Notes under the pieces: model-generated
The model's input: the letters and a program-made list of their open reading frames with translations, nothing else
Database searches by the model: none
Told to the model about the DNA's origin: nothing
Part shown: piece by piece, positions 21,030 through 30,704 of the stretch
Layout of the letters: every line of letters begins with the position of its first letter
Position numbering within the stretch: position 1 is the stretch's first letter
Assembly (NCBI GenBank): GCA_963750165.1
Contig: CAVVPN010000003.1
Coordinates: 1,152,001 to 1,216,000 of the forward strand
DNA length: 64,000 bases
DNA from: an uncultured Gemmataceae bacterium
GTDB taxonomy: Bacteria > Planctomycetota > Planctomycetia > Gemmatales > Gemmataceae
Direction of reading: 5' to 3'
Translations under genes and position numbers: made by a program

Positions 21030-22136
21030 TCAGCGCACCGCCTCCCGAACCCAGTCGGGCAGCGCCAGGTTCACCTCCAGGACGTTGACCAGCGGCACGC
21101 CGGCCAATCCGAACAGTGGCGCCGCGCTGTGCCGCGGCAGCGTCTCCTCCAGGTGGCGGCGGATTTTCACCTCCAGCTCCCGCGCACGCGCTTCGTCCTT
21201 GGTGAGCAGTTTGGCCCGGGCGCGGGCGACGCGCGGCGCCTGATAAAGTGCGTTGGCCAGGGTGATGTGCGGGTCGAGGCCGGAGCCGGAGGCCGTCACC
21301 AGGTCCGCGGGCACCGGCTCCAGGTCGATGTCCGGGTGCGCCTGCCGCCACAGGTCGAAGAAGACCGACTGGATTTCGTTCTGCTTCTCCGACCCCTCAC
21401 CGGCCTGCTTCACCGGCACCAGCCGTTTCCGTTTCTCAGCATCCTCTGCGAGGAACGGCCAGCGCCCGGGGTGCGCCGCGGAAAAGACCGCGAAGAAGCC
21501 CTTCGCCAGGTCCGCCGTGGTTGGTTCGGTCAGGCTCGCGTTGTCTTGCCGCCAGCGGGCGTACAGTTCCGGGAAGTCCTGCCGCCACTGCTGTGCGAAG
21601 GCCTCGGCCGGCGTCTGCTTCTGCCACGCCGCCTTGACAGCCGCGCCGGTCTTCTTGACCCACTCTTCCGCGAGGCCGGGGTGCAGGGTCGCCCACTGGG
21701 CCACGATGCCCGGCTGGCCTTCGTAATGGTCCTGCTGGAACCAGACCTCGACATCCGGGCCGACCTCGGCACCGGGGTGCTTGCCGAACCGGCTCGCGTC
21801 CTTGCCGTAGCGGACGATGGGGCCGAGCTGCCGGGCCACGCGGTCGCGCAGCAGGTAATTGCTGCCGCCCCAGTTGCTCGCCCCAGACTTATCCGCCTCG
21901 TAGCCCTTGCCCGCGTGCGACGGCCGCGGCTGGAAGAACTCGTCGCCCTCGAAGTTCTGCGCGATCAGCCGTGAGCCGACCACGTTACCGTCCCTGTCGG
22001 TCACCAGGCTGCCGTCGGCCTGGTCGCTCAACCCCGGCACCCGCCCGACCAGCCACAGGCTGAGCGGGTACAGCACGCAGCAGACCAGCACCGTCAGCGC
22101 CAGCAGCCACAGGGCCCCGCGTAAATGCGTCAACAT
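21030..22136 (-). CDS. kdpC: Potassium-transporting ATPase C subunit, enlarged and without kdpAB
   Basis: GSRLIAQ-F, FQPRPS, SGASN, DLVTASGSGLDPHIT and VNVLEVNLAL motifs. Confidence 0.85.
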   Translation of the reverse strand: MLTHLRGALWLLALTVLVCCVLYPLSLWLVGRVPGLSDQADGSLVTDRDGNVVGSRLIAQNFEGDEFFQPRPSHAGKGYEADKSGASNWGGSNYLLRDRVARQLGPIVRYGKDASRFGKHPGAEVGPDVEVWFQQDHYEGQPGIVAQWATLHPGLAEEWVKKTGAAVKAAWQKQTPAEAFAQQWRQDFPELYARWRQDNASLTEPTTADLAKGFFAVFSAAHPGRWPFLAEDAEKRKRLVPVKQAGEGSEKQNEIQSVFFDLWRQAHPDIDLEPVPADLVTASGSGLDPHITLANALYQAPRVARARAKLLTKDEARARELEVKIRRHLEETLPRHSAAPLFGLAGVPLVNVLEVNLALPDWVREAVR

Positions 22137-22351
22137 CTGTCGATACACCCTTTCGTTGGAGGACCAGGCCCGTGGTCGTCCGCGCGGCGCCCGCGGACGG
22201 AGAGAGGGCCTCCGTTGAGAGTTACTGTACACGGCGGGGGGGTGCTTTACAAACGCTTTCGGGGTAGCTCTGCTGCGGGGTCAGCTTGATTGGGTGTGTC
22301 CGCTTCACTTACGGATGCCAATTCGCAGCAGGACCAATGTGGAACAACGCC

Positions 22352-22825
22352 TCAGAATGCGATTGGTTTTCCCACGCGCAATGCGCAATCGATCAACTCA
22401 GCCATCTGTGTCTCAAACCGTCGCAGGGATTCCTCCATTTCGGTGTCCAAACTCGGGAATTGTGCGAGTGCGGCGACTTCCGTTCGCAGATCCTGCATAT
22501 CGGCTAACTTGATGGAGTCACCGCAGTGAGTGCCATTGTAAAGAACCCATGTGAGGAGGCGCGGGAAGCGGTTCCCAAAGCGCTGTAATTCATTTCGGAG
22601 CGCGGCGACCAGCGCGATGTTGCCAATGCGGTGATGGAGCAACAAGCCGTCTGGATGCTCACAGCTGAAACGCCAGCCGTCGAATGCAATTTGTATATCG
22701 AGGTTGTTGCTGCCGCAGAGAACGCTGCCATCGTCATCGAGCGCGGGATGGCTGCCTTCGGGAGGCGATCCGCGCAGGCGCCCCGCTTCGAAGCAGTCGC
22801 AATAGACGAAGGCATCGAGACCCAT
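22352..22825 (-). CDS. Hypothetical protein (MGLDAFVYCDC...)
   Basis: 157-aa ORF, visibly lower GC than neighbours; Cys/His cluster. Confidence 0.65.
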   Translation of the reverse strand: MGLDAFVYCDCFEAGRLRGSPPEGSHPALDDDGSVLCGSNNLDIQIAFDGWRFSCEHPDGLLLHHRIGNIALVAALRNELQRFGNRFPRLLTWVLYNGTHCGDSIKLADMQDLRTEVAALAQFPSLDTEMEESLRRFETQMAELIDCALRVGKPIAF

Positions 22826-22866
22826 GGACAAAACCTCCGGCCATGAGGCCGAACGGCACAATGGAG

Positions 22867-22937
22867 CCCTGGTCGTGGTGCAGGCGTCTCGCCTGCATTC
22901 CGCTTCCGCAGGCGGGACGCCTGCACCACGACCAGGG
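22867..22937. repeat. REPIN-like doublet (GTGGTGCAGGCG type)
   Basis: 30-bp arms ccctggtcgtggtgcaggcgtctcgcctgc / gcaggcgggacgcctgcaccacgaccaggg, each internally palindromic. Confidence 0.85.
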
Positions 22938-22941
22938 GATT

Positions 22942-25446
22942 TCACTTCTTCTGCGCCACCAGCGGCCGGTTGGCGATGGCCCGCCGCACCGCCGGCGGCA
23001 GCGGCGCGTCCACGCCCTTGATCGACTTCCACAGAATCTCGTTCAGCTCAAAGTCGTCCACCAGGTCATAGTCGCTGAAGTCCATCTTCGCGGAGCGCTC
23101 CGCCCCGAAAGCGTTCTTGGGGTTGATCGCGTTCAGATCAATCTGGGCCGCGACGTGTGTGTACGGCGTCAGGTCGGCCTTGTTGGTGAAGCTGTTGAAC
23201 ATCGGCCGCGCCGCCGCGTCGTACTGGCTCAGCGGCGGCAGTCCCAGAATCAGCTCCATCGTGCGAATCATGCTGACCGTGCTGTACTGCGTGCTGTCCA
23301 CCGCCTTGCGCTTCGTGTACGGGCTGATGACCAGGCCGACGGTGCGGTGCGCGTCCACGTGATCGGGGCCGTTCTGGGCGTCGTCCTCGATGACGAAGAT
23401 GGCCGTCTGCGGCCACAGCTTGCTCTTGCTCACCGCCTCGACGAGCCGGCCCAGCGCCAGGTCATTGCTGGCGACGCACGCCTGCGGCGTGAACGTGCCC
23501 GGCGTTGTGCCGGTCGTGTGGTCCTCGCCCAGGCTCATCACGATGAAGCGCGGCATCGTGCCGTTCTTCTCGAACGCGCGGTACTCCTTCAGGAACGTCT
23601 CGACGTTATCGGTGTCGCGCACCTTCCGGCCCTTGACCTTCGGCACGCCGTAGTCCGGGCAGATGTGGCCGACCAGGCCCGGCACCCGCGCTTCCATTTT
23701 GGCACTGCCGTCCTCCTGACTGACGCGCTTGCCGTACTCGCCGTAGCTGCGGTAGCTGACGCCGTTGCGGGCGCAGGCGTCCCACAAATACCCGGACGGC
23801 CCCTTCGACAAATTGCCGTCGGCGTCGTCGTCCACGCCGATGCGCCGCGAATACGTCAGGTGCCAGTCACGCGCGATGTAGTCGGTGTGGTACGCCATCG
23901 TGGACCACGGATGACCGTCGCGCGACACCTGACCGTTGCAGTACAGATTGTCCAGCAGCACGAACTCGCGCGCCAGCTTGTGGGCGTTCGGCGTCACCTT
24001 CGCGCCGAACATCACCAGCGACGGATCGCCGTTGCCCCCCTTGACGGCGCCGAGAACCTGATCGTAAGTGCGGTTTTCACGGATGATGTAGATGACGTAC
24101 TTGATCGGTGACGGGTCGCCGACCTTCGTCGGGATGGCGGTGACGCGCTTATCCGGCACGCCGGTGAGCAGCTTGTCGGAATACGGGCAATTGCGGTAAA
24201 CGAGGGCGGTATACTCCGCGAGCTTCTTCGACAGCTGTTTTTCATTGGGGATGGGGATGACGGACAGCGCCCCGGACAGCGTGGTGCCGATGTACGGATA
24301 CGGCAGCTTGGTGAGCTTGTTGGGCTTGCCGTCCTTGTAGAGCGGGTTGGCCTTCGTTTGCAGGCCCTTGCCGACGCCGACGAGCAGCGTCTTGCTGTCG
24401 GGCGTCACGGCGACGGAGGTCGGATACCAGCCGGTCGGGATGAAGCCGACAACCTGGCTTTTGTCCCGCTCGCGGAGGTCGATGACGGCGACGCAGTTGT
24501 TGTCCGCGTTGGCCACGTAGAGCATTTTGCCGTCCGGCGCCACTGCCAGGGCGTCCGGCGTGCTGCCCTCGGGCGTCTTCTCGGGCGCCTTCGGGAACAG
24601 GTCGGTGTAAATCGTCTCGGTGACGATGCCACGCTTCGTATCGATGACCGAGACGCAGTTGCTGGAAGCGCAGGCGACAAACAGGCGGTCGTCCTTCGGG
24701 TGCAGGGCCAGCTGATTGGGGTGCTCGCCGACGGCGATCTTGAAGACGACACGCAGCGTCTTCGGGTCGAGCGCCAGCACCTGCCGGCCGGCCCAGTCCG
24801 AGACGAACAGCTGCGTGCGATTGCGGCTCATGAGGATGTCGTAGGGCCGGCCGCCAATCGTTACCGCGGGCTTGGTGGTGCCGGTCGGCAGGTCGATGGC
24901 GCTGACGGTGCCCTGGTTGATGTCCAACGAGTACAGCACGTCCGCCCGGGCGTCGTGGAACACGCCGCTCTTGAAGCCCTTCGCGGCGTCCTTCTTTTTC
25001 TTGCCGCCCTTGCCCTCCGGCTCCGCGGGACTGGTGCGCGTCAACTTGTCGCCCTCAAGTTTGAACTTGTGCAACATGCCGGAGCCGCCGCCGGACCAGA
25101 TTACCTCGTCGAGCTTCGCCCGCGTCAGGCCGAACCAGCTTTGCCGCACCGTCTGCCGATCAACGATCTTCTGCGTGGCGATGTCGATGAGCGACAGCTC
25201 GTGCTTATTGAAGCCGCTGGTCGCGACCAGGGCGTGCTTGCCGTCGGCCAGCGGCATGATGTTCAGCGGCAGGTCGGTCAGCTCGACGTGCTTGCCCACT
25301 GGCGTGAGCCGCCAGCCGTTGGGCAGCAGGAAGCCGCTGTCCGTCGGCCCGGCGTACTGCGGTTTGGTTTTGTCCTGGCCGGGCAATGACCCGCCGGGAC
25401 TCAGCAGAAAACACAGGGCGAAAAGCGCGAACAGACAGCGCGACAT
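22942..25446 (-). CDS. YncE-type beta-propeller / alkaline-phosphatase-superfamily fusion
   Basis: LLPNGW, YVANADNN, GFIPTGWYP, IIRENRTYDQ and EDDAQNGPDHVDAHR motifs; signal peptide. Confidence 0.85.
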   Translation of the reverse strand: MSRCLFALFALCFLLSPGGSLPGQDKTKPQYAGPTDSGFLLPNGWRLTPVGKHVELTDLPLNIMPLADGKHALVATSGFNKHELSLIDIATQKIVDRQTVRQSWFGLTRAKLDEVIWSGGGSGMLHKFKLEGDKLTRTSPAEPEGKGGKKKKDAAKGFKSGVFHDARADVLYSLDINQGTVSAIDLPTGTTKPAVTIGGRPYDILMSRNRTQLFVSDWAGRQVLALDPKTLRVVFKIAVGEHPNQLALHPKDDRLFVACASSNCVSVIDTKRGIVTETIYTDLFPKAPEKTPEGSTPDALAVAPDGKMLYVANADNNCVAVIDLRERDKSQVVGFIPTGWYPTSVAVTPDSKTLLVGVGKGLQTKANPLYKDGKPNKLTKLPYPYIGTTLSGALSVIPIPNEKQLSKKLAEYTALVYRNCPYSDKLLTGVPDKRVTAIPTKVGDPSPIKYVIYIIRENRTYDQVLGAVKGGNGDPSLVMFGAKVTPNAHKLAREFVLLDNLYCNGQVSRDGHPWSTMAYHTDYIARDWHLTYSRRIGVDDDADGNLSKGPSGYLWDACARNGVSYRSYGEYGKRVSQEDGSAKMEARVPGLVGHICPDYGVPKVKGRKVRDTDNVETFLKEYRAFEKNGTMPRFIVMSLGEDHTTGTTPGTFTPQACVASNDLALGRLVEAVSKSKLWPQTAIFVIEDDAQNGPDHVDAHRTVGLVISPYTKRKAVDSTQYSTVSMIRTMELILGLPPLSQYDAAARPMFNSFTNKADLTPYTHVAAQIDLNAINPKNAFGAERSAKMDFSDYDLVDDFELNEILWKSIKGVDAPLPPAVRRAIANRPLVAQKK

Positions 25447-25995
25447 GGAACAGACCTCCGACAAAGGGTAGAGGCGGGGAGCGTATCCTGGCATTGTGTC
25501 GCCGGCCCGGAGGGCGTCCAGTTTGTTTTCGGTGAAGATTCCAGAAAAGTGATGGTTCCGGGACATTCCGCAGTCCAACGCTTCCCGGAACGACCTCCCC
25601 TACACCGCGCAGAAGCTGTGCCGAAAGTTAATGTATGATCTTCCGAACGCGAACGACCTTCCCGTGCCGGAAATCAATGGCCAGGACCGCCCCTGAGGGG
25701 CCGATCCCAAAGCGTCACGGGCGGCCAAGCAGCGGCACACGCTCTCAACGGGTTGCCAAGGTCCGGAAGAATACCTCAAGACCTGTCGGCATCGACCACG
25801 CACCGCTCACCTTCCACCACGCAGGTCAGGCGATGCCGTTGGTTGTCACATCCGGGAGATGGGAGGCGCGCCGTGTGGCCATGTGGCCAGGTGACTCCCC
25901 GCATCCTGCCGCTTTCGGGCCGACGGCCCTTGTCGTCGTGCGGAGCGCCGGCCAGAATAGCGGCGAACCGGGTCACTCGTTCCAGGGACATCACC

Positions 25996-27178
25996 ATGAA
26001 CCCCACACTCCGCCGCGCCGCCCTCGTGAACCTGTTGCTCGCCGCGCTGTTCCTCGGGCTGCCGACCGCGCCGGCCCAGGACAAGGCCGCCCCCCAGGCA
26101 AAAGACCTGGCCGCAGTGCTCAAGCCCTTCGTCGAGAAGGGCGAACTCGCCGGCGCCGTCGTCCTGGTCGCCGACAGGAACAAAATCCTCGACCTCGAAG
26201 CGGTCGGCTACTCCGACCTCGCGGCCAAAACGCTGATGGGCACCGACGCCCTGTTCTGGATCGCCTCGGAGTCGAAACCGATCACCGCCGCGGCGCTCGA
26301 TGCTGCTCGTGGACGCCGGCAAGGTGAAACTGGACGATCCGGTGGAGAAATACCTGCCCGAGTTCCGCGGCCAGATGGTCGAGGTGAAAGAGGATGGCAA
26401 AAAGGTGCTGAAAAAGCCGAGCCACCCGATCACCGTCCGCGAAGTCCTGAGCCACACCAGCGGCCTGCCGTTCAGCACCGGGGTGGAACGACCAACGCTC
26501 GACACGCTGACGCTGAAGGAGGGCGCGCACAGCTACGCCAAGACGCCGCTAATGTTCGAGCCAGGCACCAAGTACGCCTACTCCAACGCTGGCATCAACA
26601 CCGCCGGCCGCATCATCGAGGTCGTCAGCGGCATGCCGTATGAGGATTTTCTGCAAAATCGGCTGTTCACCCCACTCGGCATGAAGGACACCACCTTCTG
26701 GCCCAACGAGGCGCAGTTGAAGCGCCTGGCGAAGTCGTACCGGGCGAACAAGGCCAAAACCGCCCTGGAAGCGATGACCATCGGCCAGCTCAAATATCCG
26801 CTCAACGACCGCAAGCGGCAGCCGATGCCGGCCGGTGGCCTGTTCTCAACGGCCAGTGACGTGGCCCACTTCGCGCAGATGATCCTCAACAACGGCACCT
26901 TCCAGGGCAAGCGCATTCTGTCCGAGGCGGCGGTCAAGGAGATGACGACGCGGCAGACGGCGAAGGGTCTGACGAGCTACGGCCTGGGCTTCTCGGTCAA
27001 CGGCGTTAACGTTGGCCACGGCGGCGCCTACAACACCAACTTCAACATCGACCGGCAGCGCGGCTTGATTACGGTGTGGATGGTGCAGCAGGCCGGGCCC
27101 TACCCCGGCAACGGCGGCCAGAGTTCGGGGGCCTTCCGCAAGGCGGCAGACCAGCGCTTCGGCAAGGTGAAGAATTGA
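25996..27178 (+). CDS. Serine hydrolase (beta-lactamase family); frameshift near 26298
   Basis: SxxK (ASESK), LSHTSGL, YSN and HGGA motifs; signal peptide. Confidence 0.85.
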
Positions 27179-27193
27179 GGCGGGGGCTGCTGT

Positions 27194-27248
27194 CCGATTG
27201 ATCGGTTCGCGCTCATGCTCCAGGCACGAACGCGAACCGATCAATCGG
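27194..27248. terminator. 25-bp-arm hairpin between convergent genes
   Basis: ccgattgatcggttcgcg... / ...cgcgaaccgatcaatcgg with 2 mismatches. Confidence 0.65.
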
Positions 27249-27270
27249 TCAACTGCAACTGGATCGTGAA

Positions 27271-27606
27271 TCACGCCAGCTGCAAGAAATCCTGGTACTT
27301 CAGGCGTTTCTGAAAGTGAATACCGGCCTCCCACTGACCGTTCTGGGCCCGGCACCAGATGACGTTGCCGACGACCCGCAGCGGCCGCCGCTGGCTCTGG
27401 CCCTCCAGCGAGATGGTGACCTCCTGGCCCCGGGCCAGGTCGGCCTGGAGCAGCAAGCGCACGCCGCACTCGGAAACGTTCAGCGTGGCCACGGCCAGGT
27501 TGGCGCCGAGGTCCAGAGCCCCCTTGCGGCAGGTGGCCTTGATCCGGCTCTTCGGCGGCCGGCGCAGCGAAAGGCGCCGGTTTGCCTGGATCTTTTCTTG
27601 ACTCAT
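27271..27606 (-). CDS. PilZ-domain protein
   Basis: RRLSLR (RxxxR) and NVSECG (N/DxSxxG) motifs. Confidence 0.85.
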   Translation of the reverse strand: MSQEKIQANRRLSLRRPPKSRIKATCRKGALDLGANLAVATLNVSECGVRLLLQADLARGQEVTISLEGQSQRRPLRVVGNVIWCRAQNGQWEAGIHFQKRLKYQDFLQLA

Positions 27607-27708
27607 GGCTTCCTCCCATACCAAGATAGGTCACGGCCCGGTCCTGTGCAAACGGCCGGACGCGGGCGCCGCGATCCGCCGTACCCCAAATTTTGAAGGA
27701 GTCGTCTC

Positions 27709-28095
27709 ATGCGTCTGCGACTGACCTGGCTGGCGTGCGTGGGCGGTCTGGTGCTGGTGCTGGCGGGCTGCCAGCGGTTGCACGTCGAGAAGCCCCTGGA
27801 CCTCAACCCCGGTGACCTGAAGTACATCGAGGTGGACGCGCCGCGCGGCGACCAGAAGGTGGAGATCCAGGTCACCGCTACCGAGCCGGTGGACGTGTTC
27901 GTCGTCAAGGAGGACCAGTTGCGGGAGTTCGACAAGAAGAACGGGGATTTCGACAAGAGCAAGGCCATCACCGTCAAGAAGGGGGTCAAGTCGGAGACGT
28001 TTCAGGTGACCGCCGAGGCTGGCAAGAAGTTCGGCGTGATCCTCAAGGCGCTGAGCAAGTCCTCCGCTGTCAAGGTCACCATCGACGGGCGCTGA
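27709..28095 (+). CDS. Hypothetical lipoprotein
   Basis: LAGC lipobox; GAAGGAG RBS. Confidence 0.75.
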   Translation: MRLRLTWLACVGGLVLVLAGCQRLHVEKPLDLNPGDLKYIEVDAPRGDQKVEIQVTATEPVDVFVVKEDQLREFDKKNGDFDKSKAITVKKGVKSETFQVTAEAGKKFGVILKALSKSSAVKVTIDGR

Positions 28096-28296
28096 ACGCG
28101 GTGACCAGGCATCACAGAACGACAATAAAACGCAAGATCAGCGCATCGCTAACGAACAGGAAGGGGTACGGCTGTCGCGCACCGCTCGGCACAGCACGCG
28201 GCGGCGGCAAGATAACGGTTGCCCGTGCCCCACCGATTGGTTAACATTGGATGAAAGTTGCCCGCGTTTGTCCGCTACTTTGGGGGGAATCCTACC

Positions 28297-29588
28297 ATGC
28301 TGACGTTTTTCGGGAGGAAGCAGCGCTTCTGCGACGGCCTCAGTCGCCGTAACTTCCTCAAGATTGGCGCCTTTGGCGCCGGTCTGACGCTGGCCGACCT
28401 GCTCCGCGCCCTGCGCTGGGCAGCAACAACCAACCCGCCGCACGCACGGCCGGCACCGCCAACAAGGCGGCTATCATGATCTACCTGCCGGGCGGCCCGT
28501 CCCACATGGACATGTATGACCTCAAGCCGAACGCGCCGACGGAGTACCGCGGCGAGTTCCGGCCCATCGCGACCAATGTGCCCGGCATCCAGATTTGCGA
28601 ACACTTCCCGCAGCAGGCGCGGATGTTCGACAAGCTGGCGGTGTTGCGCTCCATCGTCAGCGTCGATGAGCACAGCGATTCGCTGGTGATGACCGGCTAC
28701 AGCGAGAACACCAATCGCACCGCTCACCATCCGTCGTTCGGTTCGGTGATGTCGCGGTTGCGCGGCAACAGCGGCGACGTGACGCCGTTCGTGAGCCTGC
28801 GCGGCATGGGCATCGGTTGCGAGCCCGGCTACCTCGGCGTGGCCCACCGGCCCTTCACGCCGAACGGCCCTGGCCTGGAGAACCTCCGTTACGCCAACGG
28901 CGTCAACGGCGACCGCGTCAGCGACCGCCGCAGTCTGCTGGAGACCTTCGACAATGTCCGCCGCGACATTGACGCCAGCGGCACCATGAGTGGCATGGAC
29001 TCCTTCGCCACTCGGGCCTTCGACATGGTGGCCTCCGGCACCGTCCGCCAGGCCCTCGACCTGACGCGCGAGGATCCGCGCGTCCGCGACCGCTATCGCG
29101 GCGTCGAGCAGTTCCTGACGGCCCGCCGTCTGGTGGAAGCGGGTGTCGGCTGCGTCACGCTGTCGATCGGCGGCTGGGACACGCACGGCCAGAACTTCCA
29201 GCAGTTGCGCCGCCAGTTGCCGCAGGTGGACCGCGGCGTCGCCAACCTGATTCAGGATCTGAACGACCGCGGCATGCAGAATGATGTCGTGACCATCATG
29301 TGGGGCGAGTTCGGCCGCACGCCGCGCGTCAACACCAGCGCCGGCCGCGATCACTGGTCGCCGGTCATGTCGGCGCTGGTCGCCGGCGGCGGCCTGCGCA
29401 TGGGCCAGGCGGTCGGCACGTCGAGCGCTCGCGGCGAGGTTCCGGCAAGCCGGCGCGTCACCGCCGCGCAGGTGCTGGCGACGCTGTATCGCGCCATGGG
29501 CATCGACCCGTCACGGACCTTCCCGAACCAGAGCGGTCGGCCGATGTACATCCTCGATGATCGTGAGCCGATCAGCGAGTTGCTGTAA
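28297..29588 (+). CDS. DUF1501-family protein; frameshift near 28418
   Basis: SRRNFLKIG, GGPSHMDMYDLKP, GWDTH, GEFGRTP and GRDHW motifs. Confidence 0.9.
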
Positions 29589-29591
29589 TCT

Positions 29592-29620
29592 TCGGGGCAG
29601 GCGGCTCGCCTGCACCACGA
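29592..29620. repeat. Single REP-like unit related to 22867 element
   Basis: ggggcaggcggctcgcctgcaccacga. Confidence 0.6.
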
Positions 29621-29624
29621 AACG

Positions 29625-29664
29625 ACAACGCCACGCTTCCCGAATCTGGGAGGCGTGGCGTTGT
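29625..29664. terminator. Hairpin terminator between DUF1501 gene and groES
   Basis: acaacgccacgcttccc / gggaggcgtggcgttgt. Confidence 0.65.
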
Positions 29665-29686
29665 GCGTTGGTCGGCCGGGCGGCGT

Positions 29687-29974
29687 TCAGTCCACGATGG
29701 CCAGGATGTCGTCTTCCGACATGATGAGGTATTCCTGACCGTCCACGTTAATCTCGTTGCCGGCGTAGGAGGTGAACAGCACGCGATCGCCCTCCTTGAC
29801 CTGGAAGCTGGCGCGTTTGCCGTTCTCCAGCAGCTTGCCCTCGCCGACGCTGATGACCTTGCCCTGCCGCGGCTTTTCCTTGGCGGTGTCCGGCAGCACA
29901 ATGCCGCCGGCCGTCTTCTCCTCGGCCTCCAGGCGCTTGACCACGATCTTGTCGTTCAGGGGTACGACGTTCAT
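29687..29974 (-). CDS. groES: Co-chaperonin GroES
   Basis: PLNDKIVVKR...KTAGGIVLPDTAKEKP...EDDILAIV; GAGGAG RBS. Confidence 0.95.
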   Translation of the reverse strand: MNVVPLNDKIVVKRLEAEEKTAGGIVLPDTAKEKPRQGKVISVGEGKLLENGKRASFQVKEGDRVLFTSYAGNEINVDGQEYLIMSEDDILAIVD

Positions 29975-30011
29975 GTCCTTGGGACTCCTCGTTGAACTTA
30001 CCAGGGTGACA

Positions 30012-30437
30012 CTACTCTTCCAGGGCGGGCGGCTCCTGCTGCGGCCGCTGGCCGTACACGCGTACCAGAGCGCGGACGACCACGTACAGCACGACGTTCT
30101 TGCTGACCGGTTTGGGGATGACGCTGTAGGCACGGGCCTGGAAGGCCTGGCGCATCAGCGCCTCGGTGGCGTCGCCGGTGACGAGGATGCACGGCAGCAC
30201 GGCGTTGATCTGGCGGACCAACTCCAGCGTCTCCAGGCCGGTCAAGCGCGGCATGTGCATGTCGAGCAGGGCCAGGTGGACCGTCTCCTCGCGGACAATA
30301 TCGACCGCCTCCTCACCGGAGGACGCGAGGTATGTGCGAAAGCCTTCCGGCTCGACGATTTCGCGCAGCGTTTCGCGGCTGTCGGGATCGTTGTCGGTAA
30401 TCAGAATCGAAAACGGTTTGTCAATGGTTCTACTCAT
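30012..30437 (-). CDS. Single-domain response regulator
   Basis: LLDMHMP, VTG and KP receiver motifs. Confidence 0.85.
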   Translation of the reverse strand: MSRTIDKPFSILITDNDPDSRETLREIVEPEGFRTYLASSGEEAVDIVREETVHLALLDMHMPRLTGLETLELVRQINAVLPCILVTGDATEALMRQAFQARAYSVIPKPVSKNVVLYVVVRALVRVYGQRPQQEPPALEE

Positions 30438-30647
30438 GGCTCTTCCCCTCGGGGGATCGCCGAGAGAAACGGGAGTGAGGAAAGCAAATCACATACCGCG
30501 CCGCGCTGGGGGCAGCAGCGGTCGTGTAAGTCCTTCTCTAAGCAAAGCATATGCTGCGAAAAAAACAAGAGTGACTGGCGGGTTTTCCGCACGGCTGCCA
30601 CTTCGGGAGGCGGCGGCTGTCAGGTTGGCAGGAGTGTGATTGGCCCC

Positions 30648-30687
30648 GTTTACGTTTCGCGCGGCGCGACCCGCGCGAAACGTAAAC
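30648..30687. terminator. 17-bp-arm perfect hairpin after DUF1571 gene
   Basis: gtttacgtttcgcgcgg / ccgcgcgaaacgtaaac. Confidence 0.65.
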
Positions 30688-30704
30688 AGGGGGCGCATCG
30701 GGGT

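Noticed and set aside
22137..22350. kdpF peptide or c-di-AMP riboswitch upstream of kdpC
   Set aside because: No short hydrophobic ORF or ydaO-type consensus recognised
29975..30700. CIRCE element for groES
   Set aside because: No TTAGCACTC-N9-GAGTGCTAA match found
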